A stretch of DNA of 63,818 bases, the filler included, from Octopus bimaculoides (taxonomy: Eukaryota), in the NCBI RefSeq assembly GCF_001194135.2. It is 7 parts of 6 records of this genome, joined end to end, with 100 filler letters (N's around TTAATTAATTAA, not from the genome) between each part and the next. Parts side by side here need not be neighbours in the genome. Positions count along the whole stretch, not along the records: positions 49,066 to 54,367 come from NW_026295173.1; positions 54,468 to 62,276 come from NC_068984.1; positions 62,377 to 63,818 come from NW_026309051.1; 4 more parts are not named here. One strand, 5' to 3'. The position numbers were made by a program, and so were the translations under genes. Below the pieces are notes generated by a model. The model searched no databases. It was not told the origin of the DNA and saw only the letters and a program-made list of their open reading frames with translations. Shown piece after piece: positions 49,357 to 62,742 of this stretch; position 1 is the stretch's first letter, and each line of letters starts with the position of its first letter.

Positions 49357-50112
49357 GCCATGTGATGTGTATGGATGAGGACAGCTGTGTGAAGAAGTGG
49401 AGAGAACCTAACAGTGGAGAGAACTTGTGGAAGAGGTAGACCCAGGAAAACATGGAATGAGGTGGTGAAACACTACCTTCAAATGTTGGGCCTCACAGAT
49501 GCAATGACAAGTGACCAAGAACTCTGGAGATGTGCCATGCTTGAGAAGACCCGGCAAGCCAAGTGAGATCATAGTTGTGGCTGATGCCAGTGTCGCATAA
49601 CTGACACGTTTAAAAGCACACCTCAGTTGTTGGACGATATGCTGTGCTTGGGAAGACCAGTTGAACCGAGTGAAATCATTGTCAAGGCTGGCACCTGTGC
49701 CAGTAGCACATAAAAAACACCATTTGAGTATAGCTGATGCCAGTGCCACCTGACTGGCATGTAGAAAACACTAGTTGAGCGTGGCCAATGCCAGTGCTAC
49801 CTGACTGGCATGTAAAAAGCATCATTCAAGCATAGTCAATGCTAGTGTCACCTAACTGGCACCCATGCCAGTGGCATGTAAAAAGTACCATTCAAACATG
49901 GCTGATACCAGTGCTACCTGACTGGCTCCTGTGCCAGTGGTACGTAAAGAGCACCCACTACACACCCAGAGTGGTTGGTATTAGGAAGGGCATCCAGCTG
50001 TAGAAACTTTGCCTAATCATATTGGAGCCTGGTGCAGCCTCCTGGCCTGCTAATTTTCAGTCAAGCTAAAACCATGCCAGCATAGAAATCGGACGTTAAA
50101 CGATGATGATGA
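49357..50112 (+). mobile_element. RTE-clade LINE 3' end (ORF C-terminus plus 3' UTR)
   Basis: GHVMCMDEDSCVKK...CGRGRPRKTWNEVVKHYLQMLGLTDAMTSDQELWRCAMLEKTRQAK*, a typical RTE C-terminus; then 3' UTR tandem units and (GAT)n. Confidence 0.88.
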
Positions 50113-51149
50113 TATATAATATATATATANNNNNNNNNNNNNNNNNNNNNNNNNNNNNNNNNNNNNNNNNNNNNNNNNNNNNNNNNNNNNNNNNNNNNNN
50201 NNNNNNNNNNNNNNNNNNNNNNNNNNNNNNNNNNNNNNNNNNNNNNNNNNNNNNNNNNNNNNNNNNNNNNNNNNNNNNNNNNNNNNNNNNNNNNNNNNNN
50301 NNNNNNNNNNNNNNNNNNNNNNNNNNNNNNNNNNNNNNNNNNNNNNNNNNNNNNNNNNNNNNNNNNNNNNNNNNNNNNNNNNNNNNNNNNNNNNNNNNNN
50401 NNNNNNNNNNNNNNNNNNNNNNNNNNNNNNNNNNNNNNNNNNNNNNNNNNNNNNNNNNNNNNNNNNNNNNNNNNNNNNNNNNNNNNNNNNNNNNNNNNNN
50501 NNNNNNNNNNNNNNNNNNNNNNNNNNNNNNNNNNNNNNNNNNNNNNNNNNNNNNNNNNNNNNNNNNNNNNNNNNNNNNNNNNNNNNNNNNNNNNNNNNNN
50601 NNNNNNNNNNNNNNNNNNNNNNNNNNNNNNNNNNNNNNNNNNNNNNNNNNNNNNNNNNNNNNNNNNNNNNNNNNNNNNNNNNNNNNNNNNNNNNNNNNNN
50701 NNNNNNNNNNNNNNNNNNNNNNNNNNNNNNNNNNNNNNNNNNNNNNNNNNNNNNNNNNNNNNNNNNNNNNNNNNNNNNNNNNNNNNNNNNNNNNNNNNNN
50801 NNNNNNNNNNNNNNNNNNNNNNNNNNNNNNNNNNNNNNNNNNNNNNNNNNNNNNNNNNNNNNNNNNNNNNNNNNNNNNNNNNNNNNNNNNNNNNNNNNNN
50901 NNNNNNNNNNNNNNNNNNNNNNNNNNNNNNTATATATATATATATATGCACATGAATGAAAACATAAACATATATACTAACAGGTATTATAACTGGCTGA
51001 AAAGTGCTGATGGAGAATTTTTAATACTGACATGTCGATATTGGCAATTTCCATCATCATCATCGTCATTTAATGTCTATTTTCCATGCTGGCATGGTTT
51101 CTACAGCTGGATGCCCTTCCCGATGCCTATATATATATATAATGTATGT

Positions 51150-51364
51150 ACAAAAACAATTGCAGTGTGGATGGTGTTTATAAGCCATTTAGAAACACAC
51201 AAAAATCGTTAGATTCATTTCAACATTTAAATTTAATTTGCCAAAATATTTTTGTCACTTAGAGACCATGACTTGATCACTGACAAAATTCCATGCTGCA
51301 TCTAATGGTTTTTGTGTGTTTTTAAATGGCTTATAAACACCTTCGACACTGCAATTATTTTTGT
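51150..51364. mobile_element. MITE with ~65-bp imperfect terminal inverted repeats
   Basis: ACAAAAACAATTGCAGTGTGGATGGTGTTTATAAGCCATTTAGAAACACACAAAAATCGTTAGAT (51150-51214) versus the reverse complement of 51300-51364; same arm seen at the window end. Confidence 0.85.
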
Positions 51365-52039
51365 TTCTGCACACAATCTCAGATCAGGTCACTTGTTATG
51401 CAAGTATTTCTCTCTAATATATATATATATATAAGTTAATAAAAGAAAATGGAGAAGAAAAAATATTATAGATACTTGGTTCGTTTTATTTGTATCACAA
51501 TGGGAAAATAATGCAAAGTAAAAGTGATACCTATAAGAATAAAGATAAAGGGAACTGGATCAACAAAACAACCAAAAAATTCTACACATGTTTCAATCCA
51601 AAAGTATGTTTGAATCATCAAACATTCAAATGATTATAGATGTAAAAAAAAAAAACATACATTGTCAGGTATCTTCAAGGAAAAGTATACTTTCTGGTCT
51701 TGAATTACAAAATAACTAATTTGAGGACTGCGTTTTGACATTTTCAAATGTAAACAATGACTTATTAGGATGTGGAGTTCATGTGATTAGATACTGATCG
51801 TTGAAATGTTGCTAAAAAAATCAAATGCATTGAAAAGTATATTTATAAAAGTTTATGGGAGGAAAATGGGATAAAGACAAACGTAACTTATCATGAGGAG
51901 TATAAGATACAAAGAATTAGATTGAGAAATGTAAAGAAAGAAGGGAAGAAAAGTTTGTTTACTGCAATAATGTGTTTTAGATGTAATACAGAGAAATATT
52001 ATAATATTGGTATTATTTAGGATTTAAATGAGTTAGGGT

Positions 52040-52308
52040 GAAAGACTTCCTCCCATCCCCACTATTTCCTCCCAAGTTTTTTTTTTTGTTTTTTTTTTGC
52101 CAAAAAACCCGTTTTCGGACACGGAGATTCATGAAAATTGCCAAAAATTGACATTTTGAAATTTCAGCGCCCCCTTCCCCCTCACCCAATTTCTTCATTT
52201 TTGACTGTTTTCCATAACCCTAACCCTAACCCTAAAACCCTGACCCTAATTACAAACATTTTGAGAAATTTTTTTCAGAATTATAATCTCTGTATTTTTC
52301 CGCATATT
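52040..52308. mobile_element. Short element sharing end motifs with the 39330-40170 Merlin-like element; contains (CCCTAA)n
   Basis: GGAGATTCATGAAAATT near 52123 and TTTTTTTCAGAATTATAATCTC near 52270; TAACCCTAACCCTAACCCTAAAACCCTGACCCTAA at 52215-52249. Confidence 0.45.
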
Positions 52309-53073
52309 NNNNNNNNNNNNNNNNNNNNNNNNNNNNNNNNNNNNNNNNNNNNNNNNNNNNNNNNTAGAAAATAAAAATAAAAAATAAAAAAAGAAGTGTG
52401 CTTGGGGGTACAAAAGGAAGTCTTGCCGAGTTAGGATATAATTTCTGGTGTTCTATGAAAAAATATCAGATATATAAAAAGACTATATTGTACTCACTTA
52501 GGAGATGCAGAAAAATTTTAAACCTGTATGTTATTTTATTATTTTTTTAGGTCATAATATGAGTAACTAATAATCTCAATTTGTTCATATGGCTAAATGT
52601 GTCAGTTTTTATTATAATGCAAAAATATCATGTGTTTTAGTAGAGAAATAAGTCTATAAGGTTTAGGGATAATATGGATGTATATACACACATGTAGTTT
52701 TAAGTTTCATATGTATATAGATTAAAAGTATCAACACTCATTGATGCTGGATTATAAGACTTTATAAAATAAAAGATATAATGTTCAATTAACAGGATTT
52801 ATGTCAAGAATAGGGGTTGTATTACAAAAATATAAATTGGGCGTTGTTTAATGGTAATTATATGTATTTTCTATTTAACAATGTGATACGTATTATAGAC
52901 AAATAATAAGAGTTTAGGTAAATTTTTGAATGGTATAATTACCAAATGAAGTGATGAATAGATTAAATTTATACTTATATAATGGTATTAAATATGGTTT
53001 ATATAATGATTGTTTTAATAAATAAGGATATTATCATCATTGTTTAAAATGTGGGTTATATGAGTGTCCTTAA

Positions 53074-53298
53074 CCCTTTCATTACTGTATTTCTGTTGAG
53101 ATGCTCTGTGTTTCTTTAAATTACTTTAAATATAACAAAGAATTTAGTAAAATAACTTGGTTAGAACTTGGTTATGCTAGTGTTAGGAACATAAATTGTG
53201 ACTAAGGTTTGGTGGAAGATTTTAATTCAAAACTTATGAAAACAAGACATTTGTCCTCAGAGCCAGAGCTGGTTTCAGCCAAGTTGGTAATGAAAGAG
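53074..53298. mobile_element. piggyBac-type MITE (225 bp) with TTAA target duplication
   Basis: TTAA|CCCTTTCATTAC ... GTAATGAAAGAG|TTAA (12-bp TIR, one mismatch). Confidence 0.85.
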
Positions 53299-54656
53299 TT
53301 AATATTGAAAATTTTAAGTGGTGGAGTATTGAATATGCTGCTGAGAACTAATATACAATTTGTTATTTCAATGTATGTATATATGGGGTAAAAAAAAAGT
53401 TTGAATTTACTAAGATGATAGTATTGCAAACAGATATAGTTTGGGATTATGGTGTAAAGTTTAGGTAAAAATTGGATAAAGGGGAGTTACATGGAGTATA
53501 AATATGATGGGATTTACGATGGATGTGATATTATGTATTATTGTATTATAATAAGATAAGTATGAAGATCAGAATATAAATCAGAATGAAAAAAAAAATT
53601 TATATCAGTATTAAGGGTTAATTAATGGTTGTGGGGATAAAAATAGGGGTTATAGTTATGTGCCTAATAAGAAATAATGTTACTGAATAATATGTAGATG
53701 GCATTATAATGCTAATTAATCTACTGGAACATTAAAAAGCAGGATATATATACATGTATGTAGTGGACCTTGCATGCATGAAGTGGATTCGATCCACCAT
53801 AGCCAAATTTAAATCAACACTGCAACAGAACTTTTCCCACGGTGGAACAATAGTTTTTCTCTGACAACAGTTTAATATTTTCCAGATGCCTTTAGCTAGG
53901 CCGAAACAATGTCTTCACCACTTGACCCTTTCTAACCTCTCCTACATCACCAAAATCTAGAATAGAGATAACAAGACCACCAACTAAATCTATTGTTCTC
54001 AATAATGTATCTATCCTTCTAGATAGTTATAAAAACAAGAGACCCCAAGCAAAACGCCAGTAGTCACTCTGCGACAACAGAGCGAAGCAACTAGTGACAA
54101 CTCAATTAGTTAGGGAACGGACGTCTAGAGTCATAGTCACAAGCAGGCAGCCACTAAAGACAAAACGACCAGAGGGAGAAAAGAAGGTTACAACCAGACA
54201 ACTATGAGACACAACGTCCCATACTCTACAACTTTCACTAGCTAAGTTCCTTTTCTCTGTAACATTACCATATCTCTGTCTATTTACTACTACAAAAACG
54301 TGTACAGGCCGAAATTAACATATACAGGCCGAAATTAACTTTCTTTACCTTGCATGCTTTACAAACTNNNNNNNNNNNNNNNNNNNNNNNNNNNNNNNNN
54401 NNNNNNNNNNNTTAATTAATTAANNNNNNNNNNNNNNNNNNNNNNNNNNNNNNNNNNNNNNNNNNNNTATGCATGTAAGTATGTATGTATGTATGTATGT
54501 ATGTATGTATAAAGCAGCGACTGTGACTATCAAATACACTAATCCACACACACATATAATGTACACATTTTTTGTGATGACTGTTGGACTAGTGGTACAA
54601 TTATATAATCTATATAGTTTATTTAAAATGTAGCATCCTTTAGATAGGCATATATA

Positions 54657-54692
<36 letters not shown>

Positions 54693-54832
54693 TGTATGTA
54701 TGTATGTGTATATGTATGTATGTGTGGGTGTGTGTCAGTACGAGAGACATTTTACATATGGTTGACTACGTATGTATTCAAGCACAACACGATATATGTA
54801 AGTTTATATATATTTACATCTACTACAAAAAC

Positions 54833-54889
<57 letters not shown>

Positions 54890-56200
54890 TACACACATGT
54901 ATATACACATGTAGAAAAGCGTGTTTGTGCTTACATTCTGTACAATATACCATAGAATGAAGATGGATAAAGAGTAAGCAAACAAATACTTGGAGGCTAC
55001 CTATATATCTCCACCAGATACTACTCCGTACTCCTCCACCGCCACCACCACTACCACCACCACCACCACTATCACTATCACTATCATTACCGCCGCCGCC
55101 GCCTCATTTATTTCAGGTTAGCTAAGTTAAAACTTGTTTACTGAATCTACTTCCGTTAGAGTATTGCAACCGCCCATCAGAACAAGTAACTATAGAAACA
55201 TTTGTCTATATCAAGAACATTGGTCGGTTGGAAAACAACAACAGCAGCGCCCCCTGACAGGAAAACACTGATATTTTCATCCGACTATTTGTGCGAGTGT
55301 GTTTGACTGTGTGCGTGTGTGCGAGTATACGTACGTCTGCATAAGTGTTTCATGTATAGGTGTATGTGTGAGTTTGTGTGTGTGTGCGTGTGTGTGTGTG
55401 TATGTGTGTGTATGTGTGTGTGCGTGTGTGTATTCATTTATGTGTATTCGTCTATGTGTGTGTGTAGATGATTTATGTATAGGTGTTTGTGTGTGTTTGT
55501 TTTGCGTGTTGTGTGCCAGTCAGTGTATGAATATTTATAAACAGGAGAGTTAGATAGATGCAGAGGTACACATACGTTGATAAAGGTCTGTAAGACAAGA
55601 AAGAGAAAGAGGGGGGAGTAGAGGATGAAAAAGAAAGGGATAAGAGGGAGGGGAGAGAAGGAGAAAGGGGGAGACAGAGGGGGAGAGAAAAATGGATGTG
55701 AAGAATAGAGAGGAAGAACAGATTTGGTGTAGGAAAATGTGAAAGAAAGAAATGCGTGAATGAATATGTGTTTGTCGTTATGTGAGTGTAGTTTCGTGCG
55801 CACATGTGAGAGTGTGAGAAAGGAAAAGAGGGGGAAATATGTGAGAGAGAAAAAGAGAGAGAGAGAGTATATTTAAGAAAGAAAGACAGGGAGGGAGATT
55901 ATTCTGCGTGAGAGGCTAGTATACAGAGAAGGTGGGAGAGTATCAAGAACAAGGTAGATATATATCAAGGTAAACGTATATGTGGTTGTGCGTATTTCTA
56001 TGTATACACACACATATACATACGCGCGCGCGCACATACAGGCACAGGCACACACACATATATACATATACACACACATATGTATCCATACATACATTTA
56101 TATACATCTGTGTCTATGTATGTATGTGTGTGTATTTGTATATGCGCATGTATATATGAGTTTGTGTACACATTCACATATATATATATATATGAAAAGG

Positions 56201-56262
<62 letters not shown>

Positions 56263-57744
56263 AAGTGAGAAAGTAAAGGCGAATTAGTAAAATCGTTTCA
56301 GTATCCAATAGAGAGACCATTGCAGAATTTGTTCCGGCTCTGCGCTTTGAGTTCAAAACCTGACGAAGAAAACTTCATCTTTCAACATTCTGTGGGTAAA
56401 TAATAAAAGGACCAGCCCAGAGTGACACATTGGCATAACTGTAACTGCTCTTTGTGTTCTGATAGCAATACCTGTGATGTCATTCATAACAAATTGTATC
56501 GGTCTTTGCCGCTTACATATATGAAGAACTGCTGATTTTAAAGAGACTATCACTTGCTCTGCTGTGGTGTTTGGAGTGGAATTTTTTAGGCACTAATCCA
56601 CGACAGAACCATTGCTGCGTGCGCACACCTGTGTGAGCCTATGCAATTTTGTGTGTGTGATTGCATGTGAAAGTGAGCAGTTTGTAATATACACGGTTAT
56701 TAACCTAATGTCCATGCCAAATCGTTCGGATGTTCGCTAAAACCGAAATCTTAGAGCTTCGCTTAGAACGGTTTGAAAGATGAGTTCTTACTGACCATTG
56801 GTAAGTATGTTTTTCATTGAGCAAATCGGGTCACGTGGTGAAAATTGTTACAGACTTCTAGTATGAAAGACAACAAGGTACTGTTAGAGTGTATGAGGAT
56901 ACCAGTATGTAGAAGAAGCAACTTGATAGATTATATCTCGTTCGCAAGGCAATTAAACAGATGAATTTGCCTGGTGTTATTTTCCATGTTTGTCGAAACT
57001 GATCCTAGACAAATGTACATTTGTGATAGTAATTGGAAATTATTGTGTATTTTTTGTTGAGAGATATCACAGACAACTTTGGGGTATGCAATTTCTCAGA
57101 GAGGCCCAGACTGCAATTATGATGTGAAGTCGATAATTTTCTTGTAAGTTATGGTACTGTTGGGGTCTCTAGTTCCTCTATGGTCTTTGTTTTGTCCGCA
57201 ACAATGTGTAGGCTGAGAATTGATGGTAGGGTATTACAGACACGTGCAGACACCACACATACACCGCACATATATATACACGTATGCGCGTGCATGTGAA
57301 ACTCCACACAAATATATGTTCATGTATGCATACATATAATTATAGACGAAAGAGCTCGTGGCTTATATCTGAAAACAAAACAAAACAAATAAAGGTATAT
57401 TATATACCATATAAATGGATTCTGGATAGATTGGAATTATATCCGCTTCCAGAGAGGGAAGAGTAATCGTCTTGCAGCTATTAGAGCCAACCCTAAGTGA
57501 GAAGGGGAGACTCAAGAATCAGGAATCAAGAATTCTCCAAAACTGAAACAACCCGATGATCTGGAGGCAAGAGGACAGCTGCGCACACGCGTTCCTTCCT
57601 CAGTAAGCGTCATTAGCACAGCAGTTTTATTTATCTTTGCTTAGTTTTTTTCCATCTACACAAGCAGAAGAGAGAAAACTTATAGTCAAAAGCGAATTGC
57701 CTAACTACATAAAAATAAACAAGAGGAATAAATCAGAATGGCTT

Positions 57745-58470
57745 CTGGCATAAATTTGAACAAGACAGGTATGTTAAATACATGCAGGATAAATTCTTGA
57801 TTTATTGAAATTATCTTCCCTTCTATACAAGGCAAATAAACGGCTGGTGACGATTGCGATCGGCATTAATGAAACGGAGAAATAATCTAAGTACATGTAT
57901 GTATGTATGTATGTATGTATGTATGTATCCGCGACTTTCGTGGCCACTTTTAATATACGTGGTAAAATTGTCACAAGTTTAAATCATTGAATAAAAATGT
58001 AATGTGTTCATTAGAAAGTGTCTAGTTGCAGAAAGAGGCTCGTTGCAGTTACCACTGGCGTCAATTGTCGAAATTTATAAACTGGTGAAGGTACGAACGG
58101 TGATGATGCTGAAAGAGTCGAAGGATATAGAAATCAGGCGTAATCCACCAGATGTGAAAACAGCTAGGAATTGGAAAGCAGAAGCACAGACTGATGACAT
58201 TCCGTCTTCTCTTACACACCGAGATATGATGGGTGCAACGCAGATTCATCGGAAGGGACTTAGTCTTGGCGCAGATCAGTTCAGACCGTTTGCAAGTATG
58301 ATGCAGAGTGAACGCAGATCTGTTGTTAACAACAGCGTCAAAACGAGGGAAGCAGAGAGAAGAGAGCTTCATTTGATCCAATGCATTCAACAAGGACAGA
58401 TGACAAGATAGGAGGAACATTGCCGAGTCGGATGTCTCAGTGGTGTTCCGCGAACCGGTCAGCCAAGCGG
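57745..58470 (+). mobile_element. RLE-type non-LTR retrotransposon fragment, HERO-like (RT C-terminus and downstream linker)
   Basis: SWPLLIY..V..IE.K..FIRKCL, LQLPLASIVEIYKLVKVRTVMML..SKD, VKTARNWKAE, LTHRDMMGATQIHRKGL, IQQGQMTR*E; interrupted by (TATG)n. Clade assignment is from remembered motifs only. Confidence 0.72.
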
Positions 58471-58756
58471 CGTCCTGTTTGCCAGATATATAGGGAAGGG
58501 CAGAGAGAGCAGTAGATGATATATATATATATATCTTTGGCCTAATGACGGTGGGCGAGCCAAAACTTCGAAGTTAATGTCAAACTTTTCCAAGTAAAAG
58601 TATGTACTCTACTAAAAAGTATTGAGCAATCCCTCCCTTTAATGTTAATTTTTTAAAAATAAATACATTGACGTAAAAAACAAACATTGATATGTGTGAG
58701 TGTGTGTCTGTGTCTGTGTGTATATGTCGTGTGTTTGTATGTACTTGTGTGCGCGC

Positions 58757-58790
<34 letters not shown>

Positions 58791-59867
58791 CGGAAGAACA
58801 GAAAGCTATATGATGTGAAGAATGAGATAATTGAATGCTAGTTATGGAGGTATATAGCTACATAGCATGCTAGGTGAATGAAGGCTTAAAAGAGATAAAA
58901 ATATTTGAAAATAGATAATGTGTATTTGAAAAGTACACGAACATATGCACACATACGCACGTGCGCACGCGCAGTGAGTTGGACGTTGTTTGAGTAATCT
59001 TGCAGGGATACATAAAGGGCTAACGAGGGAATAAAACGACAGAGACATGAAATAATAGACAGAGGTAGATAGATAGTTAGATAGATAGGAAGAAAGAGAA
59101 AGAGAAAGAGAGAAAGGGAGAGGGGAGGGAGAGAAAGGAAGAGACGGAAGAGGAAGATGGAAAAGGGGAAAAGTCTGTTAGAGATAGATAGGGAGTAAAT
59201 CTTAGCTATAAAAGGAAGTACTAATATGCAAACAGAAAAAGGTTGAACAGGTACATTAGTGTGTGTATGAATATATGAACAAGTGATATATATATATATA
59301 TATATGTATGTATATATATATATATATATATATATNNNNNNNNNNNNNNNNNNNNNNNNNNNNNNNNNNNNNNNNNNNNNNNNNNNNNNNNNNNNNNNNN
59401 NNNNNNNNNNNNNNNNNNNNNNNNNNNNNNNNNNNNNNNNNNNNNNNNNNNNNNNNNNNNNNNNNNNNNNNNNNNNNNNNNNNNNNNNNNNNNNNNNNNN
59501 NNNNNNNNNNNNNNNNNNNNNNNNNNNNNNNNNNNNNNNNNNNNNNNNNNNNNNNNNNNNNNNNNNNNNNNNNNNNNNNNNNNNNNNNNNNNNNNNNNNN
59601 NNNNNNNNNNNNNNNNNNNNNNNNNNNNNNNNNNNNNNNNNNNNNNNNNNNNNNNNNNNNNNNNNNNNNNNNNNNNNNNNNNNNNNNNNNNNNNNNNNNN
59701 NNNNNNNNNNNNNNNNNNNNNNNNNNNNNNNNNNNNNNNNNNNNNNNNNNNNNNNNNNNNNNNNNNNNNNNNNNNNNNNNNNNNNNNNNNNNNNNNNNNN
59801 NNNNNNNNNNNNNNNNNNNNNNNNNNNNNNNNNNNNNNNNNNNNNNNNNNNNNNNNNNNNNNNNNNN

Positions 59868-59923
<56 letters not shown>

Positions 59924-60699
59924 GCGCACACACACACACACACATAAACAATATATATTATTGTCATTATTTTTATCTGTTTCCCTAATTATTATTTTTG
60001 TACTTATTGTTCTGTTTCCTCCCCATTTAAGCAATGCTAAATACATATTCTCTGCACAAGAAAAAAAGTATGACTTAAAAGTTTGTCTGATGAAGTGACA
60101 ATCAAGAATATTCAGCGACACATATTGCGTAATCTTGAATACAAAGTAATTTCCATGAATGACACATGCAATGTGGTTAAAAACTGAGTGGTACGGAAAC
60201 AATAGAAGCGGACGGATATTAAAGTTGTGTTAAGTTCATTCTTCGTCTTTTGCTTATGTCGGACGAATGAGAGAGGATTGCTCAGTACATGGATAGAGCA
60301 TTTCTTATTTGACAAACAAGAATTGAGAGTTTGTCATATGACTTGAATTTAATGCCACTGTAATTTCGAGTGAAGATCGCGAGTTGCGAGACAAACACTT
60401 ACTGTCAGATTCAACAAAAATAACTACTGCCTTGTTTTGGGACTGCGTGTCGAGACATACGGCGTTTTCAGGCAGAGTATATTTTTCTCCGTCAGAAATC
60501 GCCGGCCTATTCCGGGAACAGGGATAGACAGAAGAAAAGTGCATTAACTTCAGTATAAAGCTGGGATTTATTTAACGACTCAGAAACGACGAATGACAAA
60601 GTTGATCGCTGCAGGATTTGAATTGAGAGTTGGAAGAGCTGTGACGAATATAGAAAAGTAACGATCCGTCTCTCTAACAACTCTGCCACTTGACCGCCT

Positions 60700-60758
<59 letters not shown>

Positions 60759-60789
60759 ATATTAATAATAATATATCAATATATATGCA

Positions 60790-61150
60790 TACATGCATAT
60801 ATGTACATACATATATATGTATATACACATGCATATGTGGGCACAGGACACCACAGAACGTAAACAACATGAAATACGAAAATGGAATGCGAACGTTTTT
60901 CGAACAACGAAAGAAACAAATGCAAAACAAGAGAAACAACATTAAAAAATGACCCTTGGTCAGTTGTCGGCTGTCTTTCTACTTCGTACTTCGAGTTTTT
61001 CACTACAAGATACGTTTTCGACAAAACTGTTGCTACCGCAAAGCAAATTAAATAAAATTTGGGATTTTGCGGAGGGTCAATGTTGGCAACAAAAACAGGA
61101 TAGTGAAAACAAACAGGAAGGGCTGCTAAACCTGAACGAGTTGAGTAGGT
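60790..61150 (-). repeat. Unknown interspersed family D, antisense copy
   Basis: Reverse-complement similarity to 42065-42480. Confidence 0.75.
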
Positions 61151-61991
61151 GAACACGAAGGAACAAACTCTGACGGCAAACAGACAAGAATGCGTCTTAT
61201 CCTTGCGTTTGATCAGAGAGAAAGAAAGAAATTCAAGTTAGGAAAAGAAAGATGGCCGATGGTCACGTGCAAGCAATGAGAGCAAAGGCGGAAGAGTTAG
61301 GGAGAGAAAGGGACAGACAGAGAACGGCAAAGGGGAGAGGAAAAAAAATTGAGAAAGGATGAGAGAGAAAAAACGAAAGGGGAAAAGGGGAGAAGGGGAG
61401 ATAAAAAGAATTAGAGAAAGGAAGAGAGAGGAAACGAAAGAGGAGAAACAGAAAGAGATAGAATATGTGCCGCATCGGAATTATTAGGATAAATCTTACT
61501 TGGAAACGGATGTGTGGATACACACACACACACGCACACACATACGTCTACATAAAAGCCCACCAACTGTTGTACCTATATATNNNNNNNNNNNNNNNNN
61601 NNNNNNNNNNNNNNNNNNNNNNNNNNNNNNNNNNNNNNNNNNNNNNNNNNNNNNNNNNNNNNNNNNNNNNNNNNNNNNNNNNNNNNNNNNNNNNNNNNNN
61701 NNNNNNNNNNNNNNNNNNNNNNNNNNNNNNNNNNNTATATATATATACGTATATGTATGTTTTTATGTAAAAGAGAGAGTATACATATATGTACGTAAAT
61801 GGATATGATTGTAAACAGATAGACATACAGATAGATAGGAACATAGGTAATATGAACAGACAAGCACACATGCACACATACATACGCAAATGAAGACTGA
61901 AACACATGTCCATATACACACACGCACGTACATAGTCACAAAAACCCAAACACAGACACACTCCGACATGCACACACAAGGAGTCAGAGGT

Positions 61992-62023
<32 letters not shown>

Positions 62024-62706
62024 ACACAGACACACACACACATGCAAACCCACACACACATGAATAAGCAGAATACATTATACGAACGTACACACATGCA
62101 TATATATATATATATATATATAAAGGAAAATGTTCTCTATGTGGCTTGTGTGTTTTCTGTACTCTGGTTATTACCATTTTCTTGTCTACGTTTTGTTTGC
62201 AATGTCCTGTACTCAGATATGCACCTATATATACAGGTAGACGTAGGTATGCACACACCTGTACGTATATATGCATNNNNNNNNNNNNNNNNNNNNNNNN
62301 NNNNNNNNNNNNNNNNNNNNTTAATTAATTAANNNNNNNNNNNNNNNNNNNNNNNNNNNNNNNNNNNNNNNNNNNNACAATACAGACACATATATACACA
62401 AACACACATATACATACGTGCACACGCATACATACACGTATACACACACATATAAATGTATATGCGTGTATGTATGAAATGTTAAGTACATGATTGGAGG
62501 TTCGATCCAATTGCTGAGCACGTTGGGACTTATAGGCCCAAGAATACGTTTTGAGTGGAAATCAGGGACGAACCTGTGCACCAGTCATAGGAAAATAATA
62601 ACCTGAGTGTTGCATGCACTCCACCAGACTTTTTGAGTAGAACGCTTGAAAAAAGTTACCTTGGATAATTTTAATTGCGCAGCCCGCCTGATGATGCTAT
62701 TTATAC

Positions 62707-62742
<36 letters not shown>

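Noticed and set aside
47260-49960. Regularly spaced palindromic repeats suggestive of a CRISPR array
   Set aside because: No unique spacers, units are degenerate tandem copies, they follow an RTE ORF end, and there are no cas-like ORFs; the DNA is eukaryotic.
52380-53760. Possible mitochondrial insertion (AT-rich, G+T skew)
   Set aside because: I could not find any recognisable mitochondrial protein, rRNA or tRNA motif; it remains unclassified.
53880-53916. CAGATGCCTTTAGCTAGGCCGAAACAATGTC hammerhead-like motif
   Set aside because: Stem II, GAAAC and GUC are present, but the CUGANGA box is broken and stem I cannot pair; at most a relic.
54303-54339. 17-bp direct repeat TACAGGCCGAAATTAAC
   Set aside because: A simple local duplication next to a gap; nothing else supports a function.
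56353-56553. TTAEQVIVSLKS stretch reminiscent of a Ty3/gypsy integrase
   Set aside because: Similarity is limited to ~12 residues, with no SDNG motif, LTRs or other pol domains nearby.
60200-60560. LLSTWIEHFLFDKQ resembling a CR1/L2-type RT motif
   Set aside because: A single short motif; the expected GVPQG and YADD motifs were not found downstream.
29896-62332. Recurrent TTAATTAATTAA palindromes (29896, 40215, 45621, 49010, 54412, 62321)
   Set aside because: Always centred in N runs and stop-containing in all six frames, so they are assembly joiners. They also mean order and distance across them are uncertain.
1776-62581. Long ORFs containing X runs and YI/HT/CV dipeptide repeats
   Set aside because: They are open only because of N gaps and (TA)n/(CA)n tracts.
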